Numbered from the stretch's first letter, positions 20,801-29,798 are shown. The stretch is 64,000 nt of DNA from an uncultured virus (IMG/VR IMGVR_UViG_3300047160_023228) (IMGVR_UViG_3300047160_023228), one strand, 5' to 3'. Translations and numbers: made by a program. The notes: generated from the sequence alone by a model not told the origin.

Positions 20801-21799
20801 ATTGTCGGTGACGCGGTAGAGGCCGCCGGGGAACTTCACCGTAATCTCAAGGCCCTGCACGTTGGTTCCCGTGCCCGGAACCACGATGGGCGGAGCGGAT
20901 ACCAGCATCTGGGTTTCCTGCGGGTAGCCGTTCACGGTTTTGTCGAAGCCATCGATAGGCGTCTGATTGTTCGTGCCCAGGCGCACCTGATAGCTGCAAT
21001 TCATGTAGTTGTTAATAGACTTGCCGTTGATGCGCGGGTTGGTGACAGACTTCCCCGGCCCCCACCCGTAGCACGTCAGGACGTTGATATAGGCGTCTTT
21101 GCCATCGAAGTTGATGTAAGACGAAACCACGTTCCCACACCAGCCGAACTTGCTATACGCCTTCGGAACAGGTGTGCCGGGCTGTGCGGTTCCCTTTGGC
21201 CCGGTGGGATCGTAGGTGGTGGAGTATTGGCCGGGACCCGGAAGCCCTGGCGCCAATGCCCAACTCAGCAAGCCCGCGCCGATGCTTGCCGCGGTAGCGA
21301 ACATCGCGGCAACACCGGTAGCCCCGAGGGCGCCGATCATCGCCGGGAACGCGAACAGGAGCGCGCCGAAAGCCATCATGCCGAGCGCAGCGCCGGCAAG
21401 CACGATCAACAGGCCCATTAGTTGCTTGCCGAAGTTTCCGCCGGCGGCCTGGGTGAGCAATACAAGCTCCTGGCCGGGCTTCGCTACGGTGCGCCAGATC
21501 TCTTCATCGGGAACTCGTTCGCCGTTGAGGCTGATCGCATAGGCTTCCGGATCGCTGAGATCGGCAACGCGCGAAAGGATCGCCCCGATGCTTTCGTTAT
21601 CCAGCGGGGAAACATTGAAGACCCGCCGCTCTTCGAGGCGGAACGGGTTCCGGTTTTCGATGATGCGGACAGGGCGGGCGGTAAGCGCGTGCGAGATTTC
21701 TTCGGGAGACGCTACGCCGTCAATGCGGGTGGGAACCTGAACAACGGAAACATTCGCAAGAGATTGAACTAACTCTGCGCCTTCATCGTGCCTATCCAT
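17876..21799 (-). CDS. tail tip/host-specificity protein J with N-terminal gpI-like ubiquitin-fold segment and FN3 domains
   Basis: LSYPNMILVGVKALATSQLSG, DNPAIVAYDVLTN, GCTSRDQA, ISALEYN; gene order M-L-K-J. Confidence 0.88.
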   Translation of the reverse strand: MDRHDEGAELVQSLANVSVVQVPTRIDGVASPEEISHALTARPVRIIENRNPFRLEERRVFNVSPLDNESIGAILSRVADLSDPEAYAISLNGERVPDEEIWRTVAKPGQELVLLTQAAGGNFGKQLMGLLIVLAGAALGMMAFGALLFAFPAMIGALGATGVAAMFATAASIGAGLLSWALAPGLPGPGQYSTTYDPTGPKGTAQPGTPVPKAYSKFGWCGNVVSSYINFDGKDAYINVLTCYGWGPGKSVTNPRINGKSINNYMNCSYQVRLGTNNQTPIDGFDKTVNGYPQETQMLVSAPPIVVPGTGTNVQGLEITVKFPGGLYRVTDNGNYVPLKFIYKVEVAPHGTSAWTVPLFPQNTETIAITHTDGTQTWPNWVVVPTDRFAGSGIVYDEDVSGTSHTPGDKVTINQNVAVYNLDGSHSTVSHTFQGEWQPCDPNMNQVRVLNWWQGYRVVQNDTLSPIFDTVSVYGLAAGQWDTRVTKIGYMNDTGSDFVMGDSTDSKHVCDGWLWNVNEVTWSNLSYPNMILVGVKALATSQLSGLNIQVMCDVEHDIGADTSLPPQLAAYEHDNPAIVAYDVLTNPTYGMNISAANIDVPAFQAWADFNDELVMNQDGTQVRRHIFAGVFDQSGDAWKVLQTIGNMSRANIIPIGMNYTVVIDAPADPVQLFTVGNTKKDSFQEMWLALDDRCTLIECDFADAARNYRMDLPVSVMTTDDVNSGLPPKVTRTRLLGCTSRDQAWRWAYYQLLSTKLTLRTIQITAPIEAVCCKRGSVIAVQSDVTKWAVGGRIQLGSTLNTLAVDRTDITFAASSGYTVTVQHPVVQRGTRTIQSTAGNIVTLTAAVPAGRIVKAVSPDGTEYIVTGYGGTAITISGSTGTLAAGQAVTLYDLNVIDNLNVTAVNLTATGGTITVAGNFSAIPTPDSAWAYGQSGGYQPAKLFRVVGVRRNGDFNFDISALEYNLICYEDVVPNYGEIVGIPDSAPMISNLSLTEVYQNGALTGSTNTSIVAVGWMNGNTAVGAKVEVQASGGDWNTISNIQGQGCTFVGYIGTTYNVRVTGFDWMGNLRGTPLTGSITVQASTNAPANVTGFAGNQTSTLTVFTWNPATGADHYEIRYTDNPQASTWLTSEVLWSGSGTTWTDTTVRSGVYMIVAVSSLATGSVESITPATWQYQPPAYTLSSTVIQDPPGLVIADVANPPIGWQSPTGNLVGPGGAIISIPHQIFQYLGTPAANTTYYAYAYLDASANLGVFPNPSTAPGGLPGTVPNTRDANSAMAAGCVVWQISWVFGGGAYFRGGAINQLK

Positions 21800-22164
21800 C
21801 GATAGAAGCCCTCAATTCGGTTGTGCCACGGAAACGCGTTGTAACGCTCCCTTACGACATAGCCGATATCTTGATGGGCATGAATCATGTATCCACCGCC
21901 GGTAACTACGCCAATGTGCCACTTGGGCCGGGTGGAGTGGATCAGGATTCCATCGCCGGGTTGGGGATTGTCGGTGCGCTCCCACTGTTCCTTCGCAGCG
22001 TGCAACAGGCGCGGGCGGCTTCCCCAGGGTGGAATCTCACGGCCGAGGCGCCGTTCGATCTCAAGCATGAGGCCCACACAGTCATACTCGTGCGGGCCAC
22101 GGGCGCCGAAGCGATACGGCTTGCTCAGAAGGTCAAGCCATATCGCGGCGGGAAGAGTGTTCAT
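21769..22164 (-). CDS. NlpC/P60 tail protein (gpK-like)
   Basis: YDCVGL, HIGV, MIHA. Confidence 0.88.
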   Translation of the reverse strand: MNTLPAAIWLDLLSKPYRFGARGPHEYDCVGLMLEIERRLGREIPPWGSRPRLLHAAKEQWERTDNPQPGDGILIHSTRPKWHIGVVTGGGYMIHAHQDIGYVVRERYNAFPWHNRIEGFYRWIGTMKAQS

Positions 22165-22826
22165 TGCTGCGAGGCAAGCACGATGCCATTGGTTCCGATT
22201 CCGGGGAACGCGCCGAAGCGGGTTGCATTGTTATGCGCGATGCACCCTTGCGGGCCGTTATAGGTGCCGTCACAGTTCGCCATCGATCCGGAGTATTGGC
22301 ATTGCGGGCCTTTGTACTTGCTCACCCACATACAGAAGTTCGCGCGATAGAGGAAGCGCGGGAACAGTTGCCGCATGGGTGACGGCGCCGAGAGTGAGAG
22401 CGTGACCACATCGGCCGCGCACACCGTCTTCATCACGGTGGTGGTCAACGCAAGATCGGGTTCGCCGGCGGGATGGGCGGTGTTATAGACGTAGATATTG
22501 GCGGTTGCACCCACCACGCCGGCATACTGTTCGATGATCCCCTGAAGGATGCGCATCACGTTCGATGCCTTGAGGATCATGGTTGGCAGTTGAGAGCCGC
22601 CCGGCTCTTCAATGGACAGGTCGAAATTGAAGGGCTGGTAAACTTGCGGGCCGTTGCCGTCGCCCGCATCAAAGGTGATCGGGTCCACGTTGCGCGCCAG
22701 GCGGAAGTGTTCGCCGCTCCAGATGATATCGAGCAGCAGAATCCACGCATCGCCGGAAGCAAGCTTGGACTTATCGCGCTGTGCGGCCAGGGATAGCACC
22801 GCCATGGGTGAGTAACCGGCGGACAC
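22161..22826 (-). CDS. minor tail protein L-like
   Basis: C-terminal Cys motif C-W…CQY…C…C…FGAFPGI. Confidence 0.85.
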   Translation of the reverse strand: MSAGYSPMAVLSLAAQRDKSKLASGDAWILLLDIIWSGEHFRLARNVDPITFDAGDGNGPQVYQPFNFDLSIEEPGGSQLPTMILKASNVMRILQGIIEQYAGVVGATANIYVYNTAHPAGEPDLALTTTVMKTVCAADVVTLSLSAPSPMRQLFPRFLYRANFCMWVSKYKGPQCQYSGSMANCDGTYNGPQGCIAHNNATRFGAFPGIGTNGIVLASQQ

Positions 22827-23738
22827 TTATACCTCCGTGAGTTCGAAGTTGACGCCGTACCGTTTCACGCCGCTGCCGATGCCAATGTCCGAATACTCCG
22901 GAATCTTCGTGAACCGCACGGGCCGCGGTAGCGCATCGCTTCCCACCATGCGGCCGTACATCTGCACCGGGGTGAGCAGTCCTACACCAACCGCATCCCA
23001 CAACACACAGGCCGTTCCATCGAGGGCATTGCCGGCGGCCGAGAGCGAAGCTTCGAGCGTGAGAGTGAACGTTGCGGCGTTGGCCGGGACGGTGATCTGT
23101 TGACTTACCAACTGCCACGTTGGGGAAGCCATAAAAACAGGTGGATTCAAAGGCGAGAGCGCATTTCCATTCGCATCTCTGAAGGCAACGGAAATCGCCG
23201 GCGCAAGGATGCCACCAGGAAGCGTACCCACCACCGTCTGACAATACCCCGCGAACAACAGGACATCACCCGGCGTGCAAGGGATCGGGACCGTGGTTGT
23301 CAATTGGCCCGCGGTAATGGCGCCTACTTGCCCGGCCACCGTTCCGATCTTGATGGCCGCGGCGCCGTCATACGCATTCACGGCGGTGGAGACGATGGAG
23401 AATTGCGGATTGCCATCTGTGCGATTCCACCCTTGCGCGATTTCAACGGCGTTGCATGGCAGGAACTCAAAACTCCCGTTCGGCAACAGGTTCGGAAAGA
23501 GGAAGGCGTTCGCGCCGCGGGCGGCCGTAACTTTGGTGAACTGATCCAGGGCGCGCTTGTCTTCGGCCACCAGGTTCCGGATGTTTACCTTCCACGTGTC
23601 ACGGGCGCGAGTGTTGCGCGGGCGGGTGGCAACGTAACCCAATTCCATCTGATCGCGGATCGTGTCATCTTCGGTGCTCTTCGAAGAATCCATGCTTGGT
23701 TGGCGCGATAGTGACGGAACAATGGGGTAAGTCGCCAT
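22827..23738 (-). CDS. distal tail protein (gpM/Dit-like) with inserted carbohydrate-binding-like domain
   Basis: GY..TRPR.T…F…GA..F N-terminus and VRF…FELTEV C-terminus, split by a NLLPNGSFE…WD segment. Confidence 0.72.
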   Translation of the reverse strand: MATYPIVPSLSRQPSMDSSKSTEDDTIRDQMELGYVATRPRNTRARDTWKVNIRNLVAEDKRALDQFTKVTAARGANAFLFPNLLPNGSFEFLPCNAVEIAQGWNRTDGNPQFSIVSTAVNAYDGAAAIKIGTVAGQVGAITAGQLTTTVPIPCTPGDVLLFAGYCQTVVGTLPGGILAPAISVAFRDANGNALSPLNPPVFMASPTWQLVSQQITVPANAATFTLTLEASLSAAGNALDGTACVLWDAVGVGLLTPVQMYGRMVGSDALPRPVRFTKIPEYSDIGIGSGVKRYGVNFELTEV

Positions 23739-23784
23739 AATCTCAGCGTGTCCCGAATCAAGGAATCCGCGCTAAGTTGAAGGC

Positions 23785-24498
23785 ATGGAAATACGCGCCA
23801 CAGTTGACGTATCCGAAGCCGTTGCCGGCCTGAATGATCTACAGAAAAAGCAGATCCCGTTCGCGCTTGCGAAGACGCTCACAGGCTGTGCGAAGCGTGC
23901 GCAGGGCAAGGTGCAAGAGGGCCTGGGCGCGAAGTTCACCCTTCGGAACAACTTCACCAAACAGGGCATCCGGTTCAAGCCGGCGGAAAAGAAATCGGCG
24001 CGCATCGAGGCCGATGTTCACACCGACACGGCGAACCGGGCCACGGGCGCACCCGATTACCTTGTGGCGCAAGAGGATGGCGGGGAAAAGGTTCCCCACG
24101 GTGGCCGGCAATACCTGGCCATCCCGACGCGCTACCTTCGCAAGATGGCGCCCGGCGTGATCCCCCATGAGCTACGGCCGCGGAACCTGTTGGGCGCGGT
24201 GGGTGGCCGCTACACGGGCCGGAACCGCAAAGGCCAGATCGCCCTGCGGAATCAGCGGATAGTGAATGGCTTCGTGTTCTTCATACAGGACATCAGCGAC
24301 GGACACAAAGCCATCATGGGCCGGTATTGGACGGAACGGGACGCCTATCCCTTTTACCTATTGATTCCCGAGGGCCACATTCGCCCGCGGTTGGATATGC
24401 AAAAGACGGTGGAAGCCGCCGCGCGGCAAGCGTTCCCGGAACTGTGGGCTGAAACGTGGCGCCAGATCATGGTTCGCGGGTTGCGCATCACATCGTAA
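23785..24498 (+). CDS. tail-completion/neck-like protein (gpZ/HK97 gp10-like), inverted orientation
   Basis: KQIPFALAKTLT, YL..QEDGG, RPRLDM pattern; basic. Confidence 0.6.
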   Translation: MEIRATVDVSEAVAGLNDLQKKQIPFALAKTLTGCAKRAQGKVQEGLGAKFTLRNNFTKQGIRFKPAEKKSARIEADVHTDTANRATGAPDYLVAQEDGGEKVPHGGRQYLAIPTRYLRKMAPGVIPHELRPRNLLGAVGGRYTGRNRKGQIALRNQRIVNGFVFFIQDISDGHKAIMGRYWTERDAYPFYLLIPEGHIRPRLDMQKTVEAAARQAFPELWAETWRQIMVRGLRITS

Positions 24499-24550
24499 GC
24501 CTTGACATCCGTGCTAAACTGCTGGCGTTTTCCGTTCAACAGGAGTTCCC

Positions 24551-25069
24551 ATGCGCACGGCGGTTGCCCTGTTTGTCTTTGCTCTTGCCTCGGTTGCCTT
24601 CGCGGATGATGACTATCAAAAAACCGCTACTTACAATTGCGGGTTTGGACACGAAGAAACCCATGTGCTCATGCATCGGGATTCTCTGAAGGAACCATGG
24701 CAATTCGAGAATGAAAATGCGGCCAATTGGGTGACTCAGAATTGCAAGCCCGCAGATCGGGTCAAAAGGGTAACTCCCAAAAGCCATCAGGCTATCGAGA
24801 CTCCGCCCGCGTTCGCCCAATCAACACCACCCGTCACGCCGGCGGTGAATACTTCCCCCGATCCGGGAGTGCCGTACTTCGGCCTCGCGCTCGTGGTTCT
24901 CACGTTGTTGATCTACTTCATCCCCACGCTGGTATCGGGGGCGCGCGGGTGTAAGGCGCACGGCGGGATCGTGGTGGTCAACATCTTCCTGGGATGGACG
25001 TTCATCGGGTGGGTGGTGGCGTTGGCCTGGGCCGCAAGCGGAGAGCCGCGGCCCAAGGTTACAGCTTAG
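24551..25069 (+). CDS. superinfection immunity membrane protein (T4 Imm-like C-terminal domain)
   Basis: IYFIPTLV…I.VVNIFLGWTFIGWVVALAWA; signal peptide; AGGAG RBS; TGcTAAACT extended -10 upstream. Confidence 0.85.
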   Translation: MRTAVALFVFALASVAFADDDYQKTATYNCGFGHEETHVLMHRDSLKEPWQFENENAANWVTQNCKPADRVKRVTPKSHQAIETPPAFAQSTPPVTPAVNTSPDPGVPYFGLALVVLTLLIYFIPTLVSGARGCKAHGGIVVVNIFLGWTFIGWVVALAWAASGEPRPKVTA

Positions 25070-27096
25070 GGAACCATCAACAGGCCCATGATGGCCTGGG
25101 CAATCGGCCCGTTACTCTCCATCTGTTTCATCATGATCTGAATCACCTGGGCTTCGCCGCCATCGCCGCCGGCTTGCTGTTGCGCCGTGGCTTGCATCGG
25201 CGGCCCCTGGTTCTGAATCACCACCTGTACACCGCCCGATCCCGGCGGCTTCCCGGTTTGCATCAGAGAGGCCGCAGCCGTCGCTATGGTGCCCGCTCCG
25301 CCGCCTACGCCGCCATTAGACGTGACGCTGGCGCCCTTGGGATGGAAGAGGCCCGCCATATCGCTCAGAAGCGTTCCTGCAAGCCCCGCGTGCCCGGAAG
25401 GACGGTTCGGATTGCCTTCCCAACTCCCACCGCTCAGCCCGCGCCCGCCGCGGCCGTCCGGATCGCCGAACAGCATCCCGAAGAGTTGCCCTTCGGCAAG
25501 CTGTGCCAGGTCCCGGATCAGATTGTTCTTGAGTTGCTTCCACCGCTGATCCCACCGCTCCGTAACATCGAAGATCGGATCGAAGACGCTGTGCGCGAAC
25601 TTTTCCCCGACATCCCGCAACGCGCTGAGGTCCTGCCCTTGTTTCCCAAGCACCACGTTCGGAAGCGTAGTTTGGATGGATGGTAGATTGTTGGCATCCA
25701 TGCCGGCGAGCATCTTTTTCCAATCCTCATCCTGGAACCACGCGCCGGAATCGCGCCGGAACTCCTCTCGCTGTTTCGCGGTGAAATCCTTCCAAAGTTG
25801 ATCTTGTATATCGAGGGCATCGGTATCGATGGTCATTACCGCGCCTTCGTCAGAAGCCTTCGGCGCCTTGCCCGGCTTTTCCGGCTTATCGGAGCCAATC
25901 GGCGCGCTCGAATCGATCCGTTTCTTTGCCGCTTCGATCCGATCCATCGCATCGGCCTGTTGCTTCAACAGGTCCGCAAGATACTCCTGTTCGTGTTTCT
26001 GCCAGGCCGCGCTTCCGCTCTTGACGTTGGCCAGGTTGCTTTCGGCGCGCGTGATCTGATCGTTGAGGTCAACGAAGTACGCCTGGTTTTCGCGGAGATC
26101 GGCTTCGTTCCACTTCTTTTCGAGGGCCTGTTTCTTTTTGCGGTATTCCTCTTCGGAGATGTGCTTTTTACTGTGCAATTCCTCAAGGGACTGGAGTTCC
26201 TTTTGAAGCCCGAACTTCTCTCCGCCTTCGCGCCGTGCAACCCGGCCGGGATCGGACGCGCCGGCGATGTCTTCCGGCAACGCCTTGCCCATGGAAGTCG
26301 CGCGCTCCGCTTGCATGGTGGCCGGGCTTACTCCCACCAGCCGGGACAGGGCCTCGGTGATGCGCATCCCTACAGCCTTCCATGCGGCCTCAAGCATCAC
26401 GGCCTCATGCCGCATCTCTTCCATTTTGCGGATGCCCTGTTCGTCCCACACGATTCCGAGGGCATTGGCTTCGCCTTTCAGTTCTTCCAACTTGCCGCCC
26501 ATCTCATTCAAGATGGGAATCATTTCGGCGCCCATCCGGGTTCCGAAGATTTTGGCCGCGGCGTCACTCTTGGCAATGCCTTCCGGGAGTTGGCTGAATT
26601 TATCGGCCAGGAGTTCGAGAACGCCGTACATATCGTTCCCTTTGCTCCGCAACTCTTCCACGCTGATCCCAAGTTGCTGAAAGCCCTTCGCGGCCTTTGC
26701 GTTGCCGTTGTCGGCATCGTAGACAGTCACGGCAAGCTTCTTAAATCCACGAGTGAGCACTTCGAAATCAACCCCGGTGGCCTGGGCCGCGTACTTCAGC
26801 ATGGAAAGGTTCTCAACCGAGATCCCGGTTTGCTGATTCAAATGGCCGATCTCCACCGCCGTTTCAATAGTGGATTTCACCATCTCCTTGAATTGGCTCA
26901 CCACTTCTTGAAGGCCGATGGCAATGCCGGCGGTTTCCAGGCCATGCTTGAGCATTTCGCCCATCTCACCAAACGACAGGCCGGTTTCCTTCGCCTTCAC
27001 CTGGGTGTCGGCAAGGTGCTTCTGTACCGCCCGGAAGACTTCACCGGACTTGTCTTCGCCGGCAACGATGATCGTCACGCCCTGTTTACTGGCCAT
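25066..27096 (-). CDS. tape measure protein
   Basis: Helical Ala/Lys/Glu-rich 676 aa, QQTGISVENLS.L.YAA motif, downstream of chaperones. Confidence 0.88.
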   Translation of the reverse strand: MASKQGVTIIVAGEDKSGEVFRAVQKHLADTQVKAKETGLSFGEMGEMLKHGLETAGIAIGLQEVVSQFKEMVKSTIETAVEIGHLNQQTGISVENLSMLKYAAQATGVDFEVLTRGFKKLAVTVYDADNGNAKAAKGFQQLGISVEELRSKGNDMYGVLELLADKFSQLPEGIAKSDAAAKIFGTRMGAEMIPILNEMGGKLEELKGEANALGIVWDEQGIRKMEEMRHEAVMLEAAWKAVGMRITEALSRLVGVSPATMQAERATSMGKALPEDIAGASDPGRVARREGGEKFGLQKELQSLEELHSKKHISEEEYRKKKQALEKKWNEADLRENQAYFVDLNDQITRAESNLANVKSGSAAWQKHEQEYLADLLKQQADAMDRIEAAKKRIDSSAPIGSDKPEKPGKAPKASDEGAVMTIDTDALDIQDQLWKDFTAKQREEFRRDSGAWFQDEDWKKMLAGMDANNLPSIQTTLPNVVLGKQGQDLSALRDVGEKFAHSVFDPIFDVTERWDQRWKQLKNNLIRDLAQLAEGQLFGMLFGDPDGRGGRGLSGGSWEGNPNRPSGHAGLAGTLLSDMAGLFHPKGASVTSNGGVGGGAGTIATAAASLMQTGKPPGSGGVQVVIQNQGPPMQATAQQQAGGDGGEAQVIQIMMKQMESNGPIAQAIMGLLMVP

Positions 27097-27490
27097 CTGA
27101 ATCCTCTTGCTTCAACTTTGCATTGCGGGCCGCAAAGAACGCATCGAACGCGGCCACCGGGCTGGCGAAGTTCCGTTGGCGCTTGCGCCGCGGTTCCCGG
27201 CCGGTGACTTTCGCCACCATCGCTTCCACATCGTCTTTGGCGGTGTGCGGAAGCATCAACCAACTCACCATCCACGCCAGCTCATCGTGTTGCGCGCGCC
27301 GTTCGCGGCGGATGCGGTCATGGTAGCCGTACAGGATCAACGCCAGTTCGCTGTATTGGAGCGCGTAGAACTCCGAGGGCGCCAGGCCTATTTCGCCGCA
27401 CATAATACGGAAGGCATCTTCCCAGGTCCATAACTTCGCTTTCGCCCCGCGCCGTTTGCTTACTTTGCGGCGGGGGCGATTGCTTCCCCC
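27086..27490 (-). CDS. tail assembly chaperone -1 frameshift extension (gpT-like)
   Basis: -1 frame open from GGGGGAA (27484-27490) through WTWEDAFRIMCGEIGLAPSEFY. Confidence 0.78.
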   Translation of the reverse strand, partial: GGSNRPRRKVSKRRGAKAKLWTWEDAFRIMCGEIGLAPSEFYALQYSELALILYGYHDRIRRERRAQHDELAWMVSWLMLPHTAKDDVEAMVAKVTGREPRRKRQRNFASPVAAFDAFFAARNAKLKQEDSDGQ

Positions 27491-27840
27491 GGTTGTTCGT
27501 CACCGTAATACTGGTTGATGCCCATCAACACCGCGGCCACGGCTTCGGTGATTTGCCGCTTGCACGTCAGGAAGCGGCCCACTTCCTCCTGGGTCAACAT
27601 CTCCCCGCGCCGGCGGGCATCGTCCTGCAGCCCGGCCCACAGGTACACGCGAAGGTTCTCTGCGTTCACGCTCAACACCGGCTCGTCTTCGCCCGTCTCT
27701 TCGTTGTGGCGCTTGCCGATGGTTTCCAGAACAGTCTTTCCGGCCGCGGCGGTCCCTTTGATCAGGATTTCAGTATTGAGGTTGAAAATCACTTCGCGCC
27801 GGCGGTCAAGCTCTATGTAGATCGGCGTCTTCTGAATCAT
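27460..27840 (-). CDS. tail assembly chaperone (gpG-like)
   Basis: Between tail tube and TMP; ends …PGEAIAPAAK. Confidence 0.8.
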   Translation of the reverse strand: MIQKTPIYIELDRRREVIFNLNTEILIKGTAAAGKTVLETIGKRHNEETGEDEPVLSVNAENLRVYLWAGLQDDARRRGEMLTQEEVGRFLTCKRQITEAVAAVLMGINQYYGDEQPGEAIAPAAK

Positions 27841-27994
27841 TGCCTTCCCTTTCGCGCCCTCATAAACAAAGAGGGCGGTGCCCCCTCCGAGCACCGCCCT
27901 TCCCCCAACTCACGCGGCGAAGGCGGGTTCCGCGTGAGTTCTTGTGGCAGCCCGCACAGCCCCAGAGTGAAGGCCGCCACGTCTCAGAATTTTG

Positions 27995-28435
27995 TTACTG
28001 TGGGACTACCGTAAACGGTCCCGCGCCCTTCATGGTGATCTGCACACCCTGCACATCGGTGTTCTTTCCGTCCCACTTCCAATCGGTGATGATCACCGAA
28101 CCCTGATAGGAGTCTTCCCCGCTCGATGCGGCGATCTCCGGAAGCAGGGTAATGTTGATCGCCGTCTGACTCAACATCGCGGTGCGGAGATACTGTTGCG
28201 AAGTGTCGCCGGCGATGTAATCGAGCTTCGCCGATCCATCGAAATCCAGCAGCCCGTTCATACGCGACTTCCACCCGTTGTTGCCGTGATCGGTGGCATC
28301 GAGTTGTTCCGAAGTGAATGCGCCTTCCAGGTCCTTCAGGCCGGCAACGGTCAAGGCCGCCCCGCCGCCCGTAGGCGTGTACTGCAATTGCGCTTTGTAG
28401 CCTTGAAGCTTGTGCGGCGTGATGGCGGTTGGCAT
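27995..28435 (-). CDS. major tail tube protein
   Basis: DATDHGNNGWKSRMNGL, ITMKGAG; GGAGG RBS. Confidence 0.85.
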   Translation of the reverse strand: MPTAITPHKLQGYKAQLQYTPTGGGAALTVAGLKDLEGAFTSEQLDATDHGNNGWKSRMNGLLDFDGSAKLDYIAGDTSQQYLRTAMLSQTAINITLLPEIAASSGEDSYQGSVIITDWKWDGKNTDVQGVQITMKGAGPFTVVPQ

Positions 28436-28455
28436 TGCTTTTCTTTCCTCCGTGC

Positions 28456-28911
28456 TTATTCAGCCAGATAAGTCTTGTTCACTGACGGGTCGTTTCTGTC
28501 TACTTCCACTTCAACCCGGATCGTGATATCTACGCAAACCTGATCACTCATGGACTTATCGACGTACCCGGTTTCGATGTTGTCAATGTAGGTATCGCTC
28601 ACCAGCTTCCCCAGGGTGGGATCGGAGCGAACCTGTTTCCAGGCCCACAGCACAAGCGGATCGCCGGCCACGTCCACTTCGTCAGTTGCGGACACGTAGC
28701 CGCGCACAACGAAGGTGGCATCGATCCCCACGGCGTCATGCGGCGCCTCTTGCCTGACATCGATCTTCGTGGGGAACACGTTGAAGGCCGGCGCCTGTTC
28801 CGGATCAACGCTCTCGAAGCGTGCGCGGAACGCCGCGGCGGGCGATCCCGGCGCGTTGAGAGCGGCCATGATCGCCGTGCCGGCTTGGGTCCAAATAGTT
28901 TGCGTGCCCAT
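28456..28911 (-). CDS. tail terminator (gpU-like)
   Basis: DPTLGKLV motif; directly upstream of tube gene. Confidence 0.7.
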   Translation of the reverse strand: MGTQTIWTQAGTAIMAALNAPGSPAAAFRARFESVDPEQAPAFNVFPTKIDVRQEAPHDAVGIDATFVVRGYVSATDEVDVAGDPLVLWAWKQVRSDPTLGKLVSDTYIDNIETGYVDKSMSDQVCVDITIRVEVEVDRNDPSVNKTYLAE

Positions 28912-29048
28912 CAAAGCCACCGCTTTCTGGTGAAGCATTCCAGGAACCCGACGCGCACGATATGCAACCGCACGCCGAACGGCATTCGGTAAAATACCGC
29001 GCCGTAGAGGATTCCAAGGAAGATAACGAAGCGATCAGCCCAAACCAT
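28911..29048 (-). CDS. 45-aa membrane peptide (not in ORF track)
   Basis: MVWADRFVIFLGILYGAVFY…RKRWL; TGATG overlaps at both ends. Confidence 0.55.
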   Translation of the reverse strand: MVWADRFVIFLGILYGAVFYRMPFGVRLHIVRVGFLECFTRKRWL

Positions 29049-29428
29049 CAGAAGCCCTCGCTATAGGCGTTGGCGGGAACTTCGGGCTGGCGGTCCGTGG
29101 CGCCGTCCAACAGGATCAGATCATCGGCAACGATGTTCGTCTTCCACCGCTTCACCTGGTGATCGTCTTCCCAGGACGTAGTGCGAAGCCGGCCGGAAAT
29201 GTAAACCTTCGAACCTTTGCGGAGATACTGTTTGGCGATTTCGGCCAGGCGGCCGAAGAGCACAACCGAATGCCATTCGGTGTGATCCACCCAGGTTTCC
29301 CCGCTTTTCTTGCGTTCGTTGGTGGCAACGGAAACCATCGTCAACGTGCCACCGTTGCCCAGGTTCTTCGATTCGGGGGCTTGGCCGATGTTGCCCAACA
29401 GGGTAACGGAATTCACAGACTTGCTCAT
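29048..29428 (-). CDS. ssb: single-stranded DNA-binding protein
   Basis: VNSVTLLGNIG, TEWHSVV.FGRLAE…YLRKGSKVYISGRLRT. Confidence 0.93.
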   Translation of the reverse strand: MSKSVNSVTLLGNIGQAPESKNLGNGGTLTMVSVATNERKKSGETWVDHTEWHSVVLFGRLAEIAKQYLRKGSKVYISGRLRTTSWEDDHQVKRWKTNIVADDLILLDGATDRQPEVPANAYSEGF

Positions 29429-29474
29429 CGCATTCCTCGCTTTCAGGAGTCAGCACAAAAATAGTGATCAGTGA

Positions 29475-29795
29475 TCAAGAGGCCACTGGCTTGAGGTAAT
29501 AGTTGGACAGCGAAGTGTCCTGATTCTTCGTGGGAGCTTTCACGATGTAATCCACGCCGTCAACCGTAATGGTGTCCTTCGGCTTCGGCATGGGATTGAA
29601 GGCATTCCATGGGATCGTCAGGATCAGTTGTTCGGTATCGAAGCCGCCCGGCCCGCCGGCGTGTGAGAACACATCGGCATACTGGCTCAACATGCCCTTG
29701 ATCGGCGCCCCGTCCTGATAAGTGGTAGTTCCGCCGAAGGCCACCGGCACACCCATATCGGCAAAGAACGCGGGAAGATCTGCGTCACCGAACAT
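29475..29795 (-). CDS. head closure/head-tail joining protein (gpFII-like)
   Basis: PKPKDTITVDGVDY; size and position. Confidence 0.7.
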   Translation of the reverse strand: MFGDADLPAFFADMGVPVAFGGTTTYQDGAPIKGMLSQYADVFSHAGGPGGFDTEQLILTIPWNAFNPMPKPKDTITVDGVDYIVKAPTKNQDTSLSNYYLKPVAS

Positions 29796-29798
29796 GGT

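Noticed and set aside
14838..21799. Diversity-generating retroelement or invertible tail-fibre cassette
   Set aside because: No reverse transcriptase or serine invertase; shared modules are similar at protein level, not near-identical DNA
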